Assembly (NCBI GenBank): GCA_934613415.1
Contig: CAKTSY010000005.1
Location: 120,001-152,000 of the forward strand
Direction of reading: 5' to 3'
DNA length: 32,000 nt
From: an uncultured Opitutales bacterium
GTDB taxonomy: Bacteria > Verrucomicrobiota > Verrucomicrobiia > Opitutales > Intestinicryptomonadaceae
A model generated the notes under the pieces. It saw only the letters and a list, made by a program, of their open reading frames with translations. It did no database searches and was not told the DNA's origin. Below, piece after piece: positions 26,353 to 32,000 of this stretch; the stretch's first letter is position 1; each line of letters starts with the position of its first letter. The position numbers and the translations under genes are program-made.

Positions 26353-26380
26353 AGTATAGTCGCAAAAATTTTCGTTTCAA
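26353..26380 (-). promoter_or_regulatory. Candidate sigma70-like promoter of the secreted-paralog operon
   Basis: Minus strand reads TTGAAA-16 nt-TATACT, with the -10 ending 10 nt before the ATG at 26342. No SD. Confidence 0.45.
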
Positions 26381-26460
26381 CAAAAAATCTATACATTTAC
26401 AAAAAAATCAAAAAACGCCAAAAACGCGCAGTTTGACAAAAAGCTTTGTTAAGCCCGTTT

Positions 26461-26832
26461 TTAGCGGCCGTGGCGTATAATATATTCGTAGGCTTGCACC
26501 ACATTGCGCAACTCTTTTGCAACGGCGTCTAACGCGGCGTCGGAAAGCCCCTTGCTTTGCAGCAAGTCGGGGTGTAGCTCTTTGCACTTTTTGTGATACG
26601 CTTTTTTTACGTCGCTTTTGCACGCGCCGTAATGCACGCCCAAAATTTTGTAGCACTCCGCCAAAGTTAGAGCTGTTTGCTCTGTTGCGTCAAATTCGTT
26701 ATAGGCTTTCCCTCTTTTTTTATAAGACGCCGCTCCTTTGTCTATAAAAAACCCCACAATAAAGCCCACAATTAGCCCAACATATCTAAAGGCTAAAAAT
26801 CCCAGCAGTGCTCCCAGTATCTTTGCGTTCAT
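26461..26832 (-). CDS. Small membrane-anchored J-domain protein (DjlA-like co-chaperone), 123 aa
   Basis: N-terminal Gly-rich TM segment (ILGALLGFLAFRYVGLIVGFIVGFFI). C-terminal J domain with YKILGV...AYHKKCKELHPD (HPD motif). Confidence 0.8.
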   Translation of the reverse strand: MNAKILGALLGFLAFRYVGLIVGFIVGFFIDKGAASYKKRGKAYNEFDATEQTALTLAECYKILGVHYGACKSDVKKAYHKKCKELHPDLLQSKGLSDAALDAVAKELRNVVQAYEYIIRHGR

Positions 26833-26906
26833 ATTGCAGTGTTATATATGCAAATATTTTGCGCTATAAACAATGCAGTCAACAAAATTCCCAACTAATA
26901 TAATAC

Positions 26907-26936
26907 TTGACGGGCTACCCCTTGTAAGGGTATCCT
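26907..26936 (+). promoter_or_regulatory. Candidate promoter of the esterase-rnhC-rnhB unit
   Basis: TTGACG-18 nt-TATCCT, with the -10 ending 8 nt before the ATG at 26945. No SD. Confidence 0.35.
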
Positions 26937-26944
26937 TGCGGATT

Positions 26945-27943
26945 ATGAAACGTTTATTTTTAAGAACCATTTTCGCTATTTCGTTTTTTGCGGCAATGCT
27001 TTCGGTCTTTGCGCAGCAAGACAAAAAACCCACCCCCTACGAAAGGGGAACAATGCAATATAAGGGGCACAACGCCATAAGAGACATTGTGTATAAAACC
27101 ACCGCCGACGGGCAAAAGCTTGAAATGGACATAATTTTACCGAAGGAAAAGCTCTACAAAAACGGGGCTCCCATTGTTTTGCAGATACACGGCGGCGGCT
27201 GGCATAGCGGCGACAGGTTCCATTTGGGCGGAGACGTTGCCTACTACGACAAAAAGGGCGTTGCAACCGCAACGGTTTCGTACCGATTGATTTCCCTAGA
27301 AAAGGGAATTACAATGGTCGACTGCATTAAAGATGTTAAAGACGCCGCGCGCTTTCTTGCCAAAAATGCGAAAAAATACGGATTGGACGCATCGAGGATA
27401 GCCGTTTGGGGGCACTCGGCGGGCGGCCACCTTTCGCTTATGGAAGTGTTAACCAGCAACAAAGATTTTGTAGACGACAAAGACTTGGCAAAATACGAAC
27501 CTAAATTTGTGTGCGCAGTGGGGTTGGCTCCCATAGTAAGCTTTGTTAACCCAAAGGCGAACGACCTTACTACAACCGACAACACAAGAAGGTTCGGCAA
27601 GGGCAACAAAGACAACAAGCAGATTGCCGAACTTGTAAGCCCAATTTGCTATTTAAAGAAGGATTCCGTTCCCCTATTCATCGTTCAGGGCGACCGCGAC
27701 ACGCTTGTAGACGTAGCTTCTGCCCGCATATTTGTAGACAAGGCGAAAAAAATCGGCGCAAACGTAAAATATCTTGAAATTGCAAACGCCTGGCACGACT
27801 TTAACTACGGCTTAAAGGGCAACTCCAAAAACCCGAAAGACCGCGATACGACAAAAAAGCCGTCGGTGCCCCATTCTAAGATTGTAAAAGACCGCCACGA
27901 CTTTATAGACGAATATCTATTAGACGGCATAGAGGAATTGTAG
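26945..27943 (+). CDS. Secreted alpha/beta-hydrolase (HGGG-type esterase/lipase), 332 aa
   Basis: Oxyanion motif IHGGGW, nucleophile elbow GHSAGGH, later GDRDTLV and WHDF (Asp/His candidates). Signal peptide MKRLFLRTIFAISFFAAMLSVFA from the ATG at 26945. The track start at 26873 adds 24 non-signal residues. Confidence 0.85.
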   Translation: MKRLFLRTIFAISFFAAMLSVFAQQDKKPTPYERGTMQYKGHNAIRDIVYKTTADGQKLEMDIILPKEKLYKNGAPIVLQIHGGGWHSGDRFHLGGDVAYYDKKGVATATVSYRLISLEKGITMVDCIKDVKDAARFLAKNAKKYGLDASRIAVWGHSAGGHLSLMEVLTSNKDFVDDKDLAKYEPKFVCAVGLAPIVSFVNPKANDLTTTDNTRRFGKGNKDNKQIAELVSPICYLKKDSVPLFIVQGDRDTLVDVASARIFVDKAKKIGANVKYLEIANAWHDFNYGLKGNSKNPKDRDTTKKPSVPHSKIVKDRHDFIDEYLLDGIEEL

Positions 27944-27944
27944 T

Positions 27945-28883
27945 ATGAAATTCGGCAAAAAAAAACCTCTTGTAATAGACGAGCCGAAAAAGAAAACACT
28001 GTATACGCTAAAGCTTTTGCCCGAACAGGCAAAGGCTTTAAACGCGTGGCTTAGCGCGCATCTTTGGGCGCCCTACAATGTAGACTATGCCGATTTTGCG
28101 TTTAAATCGCGCGATTGCAACGTTGTGTTCTACACATCGGGCAAGCTTGTTGTTCAGGGCAAGGGCACCGAAGACTTTGTGCGCTTTGTGCTTGAAGGCG
28201 AAATAACAAAAGAGGCAAAGTTCGGCTACGAAGAGGTTTTAAACCCCGAATGGTTTACCGAGCACGCTGGTGTAGACGAATCGGGCAAGGGCGACCTTTT
28301 CGGCCCGCTGGTTTCCGCCTGCGTTATTGCCGACAAAGCCGCCGTAAAAAAATGGGTAGACGACGGCCTTAAAGAATCCAAAAAAGTTACCAGCGACAAA
28401 GCCGTTATGGCTATGGCAAAAAAAATTAAGGCCACAAAGAACGTTGTTATTAAGGTTACCTATGCGAATATGGAAAAATACAACGCCCTTTACGAAAAGT
28501 TCGGCAACCTAAACAAAATGCTGGCGTGGATGCACGCAAAGTCGGTAGACAATGCCCTTGCCGAAAAGCATGTACCATGGGGTATGCTAGACCAATTCAC
28601 AAAACAGCCCCTTGTGCAACGCCAGCTGCAGACAAAAGATTTTACCTTAAAAATGCAGACCAAGGCCGAAAGCGACCCTGTTGTAGCCGCCGCTTCAATA
28701 ATTGCAAGGGCAACCTATATCTACGTTATGCAAAAGCTTTCGCAAGAAGCCGGCATTGAATTGTCGAAGGGAGTTTCGGCAAACGTAAAAGAGCAATGCA
28801 AAGCCCTTGTCGAAAAATTCGGCGCGCAAAACCTACCCAAATTTGCAAAAATGCACTTTAAAACCGTAAAGGAGCTTGTTTAA
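27945..28883 (+). CDS. rnhC: Ribonuclease HIII
   Basis: 312 aa. N-terminal ~85 aa RNase HIII-specific domain (VVFYTSGKLVVQGKG) followed by an RNase HII-fold core with GVDESGKGDLFGPLV. GAGGA SD. Starts 1 nt after the esterase stop. Confidence 0.9.
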   Translation: MKFGKKKPLVIDEPKKKTLYTLKLLPEQAKALNAWLSAHLWAPYNVDYADFAFKSRDCNVVFYTSGKLVVQGKGTEDFVRFVLEGEITKEAKFGYEEVLNPEWFTEHAGVDESGKGDLFGPLVSACVIADKAAVKKWVDDGLKESKKVTSDKAVMAMAKKIKATKNVVIKVTYANMEKYNALYEKFGNLNKMLAWMHAKSVDNALAEKHVPWGMLDQFTKQPLVQRQLQTKDFTLKMQTKAESDPVVAAASIIARATYIYVMQKLSQEAGIELSKGVSANVKEQCKALVEKFGAQNLPKFAKMHFKTVKELV

Positions 28884-28886
28884 AAA

Positions 28887-29621
28887 ATGAATCCTTTGGC
28901 GGAATTCGACACCCAGCAGCTTAGAACGCGCCCCTATATTACGGGCGTAGACGAAGCCGGGCGCGGCGCGCTTGCAGGCCCCGTTTCGGCAGCCGCCTTT
29001 GTCGCAAAAGCCGATTTTTATTCGCAAAACAACGAATTATTCGACTCTATAAACGATTCAAAAAAACTTAGCCCCGAAAAGCGTCTTGAAATTTTTAAAT
29101 ATCTTGGAGAATTAAAAGAGCAAAAAGTTGTAGATTTCGAATGCGCGTTTTCGTCGGTAGAGGAAATAGAGCAGTTCAACATTTTAAAGGCAACCGCAAT
29201 GGCAATGGAAAAGGCGTTAAGGGCACTAAACGAACGCCTTAACCTAAACTACAAAAGAAACGCCCCCGCCCTTACGCTTTTCGGCGAAAGCGCGGTAGAC
29301 ACAGCCCAGTCGGAAATCTTTATAGACGGCAAGCCCATAAAAAACTTCGAATTTAAACACCGCGCCATAGTTAAGGGCGACGCCACTTGCATGGCAATTG
29401 CCGCGGCCTCTATTGTAGCAAAAGTTAGCCGCGACTTGTTTATGGACGAAATGGGCAAAAAGTATAAGCACTACGGCTTTGAACAGCACAAAGGCTACGG
29501 CACCGAACTTCATTGCGAAAGAATTAAAGAGCTTGGAAGATGCCCCATTCACAGGCTTACCTTTGTTAAAACAATGCTTTCCCACGACAAAAAAGAAGAC
29601 CCCCAAGGCGAGCTTTTTTAA
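28887..29621 (+). CDS. rnhB: Ribonuclease HII
   Basis: 244 aa. GVDEAGRGALAGPV, DSKKLS, ASIVAKVSRD and HRLTF motifs. AAGGAG SD. Confidence 0.93.
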   Translation: MNPLAEFDTQQLRTRPYITGVDEAGRGALAGPVSAAAFVAKADFYSQNNELFDSINDSKKLSPEKRLEIFKYLGELKEQKVVDFECAFSSVEEIEQFNILKATAMAMEKALRALNERLNLNYKRNAPALTLFGESAVDTAQSEIFIDGKPIKNFEFKHRAIVKGDATCMAIAAASIVAKVSRDLFMDEMGKKYKHYGFEQHKGYGTELHCERIKELGRCPIHRLTFVKTMLSHDKKEDPQGELF

Positions 29622-29636
29622 CCCTTAAAGATATAT

Positions 29637-29664
29637 TTGACATTCATACCCTATAGTACAGAAT
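29637..29664 (+). promoter_or_regulatory. Candidate promoter of pyrD
   Basis: TTGACA-16 nt-CAGAAT, with the -10 ending 13 nt before the ATG at 29678. No SD. Confidence 0.35.
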
Positions 29665-29677
29665 ACAACCCTTAAAA

Positions 29678-30745
29678 ATGAACGCATTTTACGAAAAAGT
29701 TGTAAGACCAATTTGCTTTAAGCAAGACCCAGAAGACGCCCATAACGCCGCAAACAAAGCTATGGAGCTTCTCTCGAAATTCTGGGCGTTAAGAACGCTT
29801 ATGGAACGCTTTAATTTGGTTAAATACCAAAAGCCAATAAAGCTTTTCGGGTTGGAATTTCCAAACTGCGTGGGCTTGGCTGCGGGCTTCGACAAGCAAG
29901 GCACCGGCTGGAGAGCTGCCGCCGCTCTGGGTTTTGGGCACGTCGAGATAGGAACAATTACCCAGCACGAACAGTTTGGCAACGCAAAGCCCCGCGTGTT
30001 TAGATACCCGCAAGACGAATCGGTTGTAAATTCGTTCGGCTTTCCCAACGACGGCGCCGAAAAAGTCGCAAAAAGGCTCGCAAAAAGCAAGGCAAACAAA
30101 TTCAAAAAAATTCCCTTGGGCATAAACATAGGCAAATCTAAAATCACTCCTTTAGAGGAAGCCGCCCAAGACTATGTTTTCAGTCTTAAGGCCTTGGCCG
30201 ACTACGCAAGCTATTTTTGCATTAACGTAAGCAGCCCCAACACCCCCGAGCTTAGAAAACTTCAGGGCAAAGACTATTTAAAAGACCTTTTAACCGAAGT
30301 TAAAACCGCCAACGAAGACAGGGCAAAAAAACTCGGGAAAGACAAAACCCCCATTCTGCTGAAAATAGCCCCCGATTTGTCGTTTAGGGAAATAGACCAA
30401 ATTTTAGAAACGCTTGAATGTTTGGATTTTGACGGCGTTGTGGCAACGAACACCACTATTAGCCGCCCCGAAGACAAGCCCTATCTGCAGCAAAAAGGCG
30501 GCCTTAGCGGGGCGTTGCTCTTCAACAAGTCGCTTGAAATTGTAAAATACATTTCGCAGCAAAGCTCGGGCAAGCTGCCCATTATAGGAGTAGGCGGCAT
30601 AACAAACGAAGAATGCGCCGGCAAAATGCTCGACGCAGGGGCTAGCCTTGTGCAAATCTACACTTCGCTTATATACCGCGGGCCTTTCTTTGCAAAAGAC
30701 GTTGCAAAATCAGCCCAATGGCGTTTTGCAAGCGACTGGGTATAA
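29678..30745 (+). CDS. pyrD: Dihydroorotate dehydrogenase (quinone), class 2
   Basis: 355 aa. N-terminal extension typical of class 2, GLAAGFDK, EIGT.T, the catalytic-Ser motif NVSSPNTP, and GGLSG / GVGGI. Confidence 0.93.
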   Translation: MNAFYEKVVRPICFKQDPEDAHNAANKAMELLSKFWALRTLMERFNLVKYQKPIKLFGLEFPNCVGLAAGFDKQGTGWRAAAALGFGHVEIGTITQHEQFGNAKPRVFRYPQDESVVNSFGFPNDGAEKVAKRLAKSKANKFKKIPLGINIGKSKITPLEEAAQDYVFSLKALADYASYFCINVSSPNTPELRKLQGKDYLKDLLTEVKTANEDRAKKLGKDKTPILLKIAPDLSFREIDQILETLECLDFDGVVATNTTISRPEDKPYLQQKGGLSGALLFNKSLEIVKYISQQSSGKLPIIGVGGITNEECAGKMLDAGASLVQIYTSLIYRGPFFAKDVAKSAQWRFASDWV

Positions 30746-30785
30746 TTTTAACATTAATCAATATAATCTTATTTATTAAAATATT

Positions 30786-31343
30786 ATGGGAAACCCTACC
30801 GACCTTAGAAAAGGCAAAGTTATAATGTATAACAAAGCCCCCCACTTGGTAATGAATATGCTGCACCGCACTCAGGGCAGACAGGCTGGCTTTGTTCAGG
30901 CAACGTTAAGAAACCTCGAAACGGGAACTTCTACAACAACAAAGTTCCGTTCTACCGACTCGGTTGAATTTTGCCACACCGACAACCAAAATTTGGAATA
31001 TTCGTTTAAAGACAACGAAGGCTTCCACTTTTTAGACCAAAACACTTTTGAAGACACCGTTTTGCCCGAAAGCATTATCGGCGAAGACATTAAGTGGCTT
31101 ATAGAAGGCAGCGTATACTCCATTAAATTTGTAAACGGCAAACCCGTTACATTAGACTTGCCCAACGTTATAGAAATGAAGGTTGCCGACGCTCCCGAAG
31201 GCCGCCGCGGCGATACTACAACAACACCAATGAAACCCGTAACACTGGAAACAGGCATTGTTGTTCAAGCCCCCCTCTTCATAAAAACAGGCGACGTTCT
31301 TAAAATAAGAACCGAAGACACAACCTACGTTAGCAGAGCCTAA
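30786..31343 (+). CDS. efp: Elongation factor P (Arg at the modification-loop tip)
   Basis: 185 aa. Three-domain EF-P similarity (DLRKG, loop HRTQGRQAGFVQ, C-terminal PLFI..GD.I...T....Y..R). Confidence 0.93.
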   Translation: MGNPTDLRKGKVIMYNKAPHLVMNMLHRTQGRQAGFVQATLRNLETGTSTTTKFRSTDSVEFCHTDNQNLEYSFKDNEGFHFLDQNTFEDTVLPESIIGEDIKWLIEGSVYSIKFVNGKPVTLDLPNVIEMKVADAPEGRRGDTTTTPMKPVTLETGIVVQAPLFIKTGDVLKIRTEDTTYVSRA

Positions 31344-31379
31344 CGCGTTTTGCTTTGCAGTTTTGTCGCAAGCTAAGTT

Positions 31380-32000
31380 ATGGAAACTCTTAAACAGTTG
31401 CCGCTAAAACCAATAGACCTTAGGGCTATTTTGGAATATGTGCCCCTATATAGAAACCAAATATTTGTAGTTTCTATAGACGGCAGCGTTGCCGACTGCG
31501 ACAATTTTCAAAACTTGGCAACCGACATAGCTGTTTTATATAGCCTTGGCATAAAAATTGTTATTGTACACGGCATAGGCAAACAGCTAAAAGACTTGGC
31601 AAAACAAAGAAACATTGCCCCCAGCGACGTTTACGGCGACAACCCCGTAGACGACCAAACTTTGGCTTTGGCAATAGAGGCCTCGGCAAACGTATCGCAA
31701 AAGATAAGAGACGAGCTTTCGCTTAAAGACCTTAAATGCGCGGCAATAACGCCCGTACGCCCAACGCAAGTGGGCATAATTTCGGGCGTAGACCACCTTA
31801 ACGCCGGCAAGGCCGACAAAATAGATTTCGAAACCATAACGGGGCTGATTTCTTTGGGGATAATACCGATTATCTCGCCCGTTGCTCCCGACAGGAGCGG
31901 CAACATTTTAAGGATAAATTCGGATATGCTTGCCGCCGACTTGGCAATGGGGCTTAGAGCTTCGAAGCTTATATACATAACCGTTACAAACGGGTTGGCA
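31380..32000 (+). CDS. Amino-acid kinase-fold protein, N-acetylglutamate synthase (ArgA)-like, 5' partial (runs off the window)
   Basis: Not in the ORF track. The frame is open from the ATG at 31380 to the window end (207 codons). METLKQL...FVVSIDGSVADCDNFQNLATDIAVLYSLGIKIVIVHG...ISPVA...LRINSDMLAADLAMGLRASKLIYIT resembles the AAK domain of ArgA/ArgB. The ENF..L..DI.LL.SLGI pattern is more ArgA-like. Confidence 0.7.
   Translation, partial: METLKQLPLKPIDLRAILEYVPLYRNQIFVVSIDGSVADCDNFQNLATDIAVLYSLGIKIVIVHGIGKQLKDLAKQRNIAPSDVYGDNPVDDQTLALAIEASANVSQKIRDELSLKDLKCAAITPVRPTQVGIISGVDHLNAGKADKIDFETITGLISLGIIPIISPVAPDRSGNILRINSDMLAADLAMGLRASKLIYITVTNGLA

Noticed and set aside
1-32000. tRNA or rRNA genes, CRISPR arrays, IS elements, integrases, prophage or defence-system genes
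   Set aside because: I scanned intergenic regions and both strands. I found no T-arm/GTTCGAATC-like tRNA signatures outside coding genes and no regularly spaced direct repeats other than the coding pentad array. I found no transposase-, integrase- or nuclease-like ORFs and no terminal inverted repeats. The only large repeats are the GH92 and secreted-protein paralogs.

Overview
This window is mostly chromosomal housekeeping DNA from a moderate-GC diderm bacterium (lpxD and lspA are present). The taxon cannot be determined from this sequence. Lys/Ala-rich histone-like proteins, adjacent RNase HIII/HII genes and a Cys-poor DksA-family protein weakly suggest a PVC-type or similar lineage (low confidence). 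I support 28 protein-coding genes. Several starts are corrected, because the ORF track extends some ORFs to upstream TTG codons or upstream ATGs. Left to right: 7TM-HD (PgpH-like) receptor, lpxD, eno, a PaaI-type thioesterase, tsaE, an aspartate-family aminotransferase, a pentapeptide-repeat histone H1/Hc2-like protein, tmk-holB, the ileS/dksA-like/lspA/hisD operon (minus strand), three tandem monocistronic GH92 alpha-mannosidase paralogs, a zinc-independent-type L36/L31 pair (L36 is missing from the ORF track), a three-gene operon of divergent secreted paralogs of unknown function, a mini DjlA-like J-domain membrane protein, a secreted esterase co-linear with rnhC-rnhB, pyrD, efp, and a 5' partial argA-like gene (also missing from the track because it runs off the window). 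I found no tRNA, rRNA, CRISPR array, transposase or integrase. The segment from about 15.8 to 26.4 kb looks accessory. The best candidate for something undescribed is the secreted-paralog operon at 23.49-26.34 kb, which I cannot assign to any characterised family. Other points worth a second look: (1) a recurrent promoter layout that puts -10 boxes 5-14 nt from SD-less start codons of first cistrons, implying leaderless or very short leaders; (2) a DksA-family protein fused to a long histone-like tail; (3) an Arg-type EF-P; (4) mosaic similarity among the GH92 copies.
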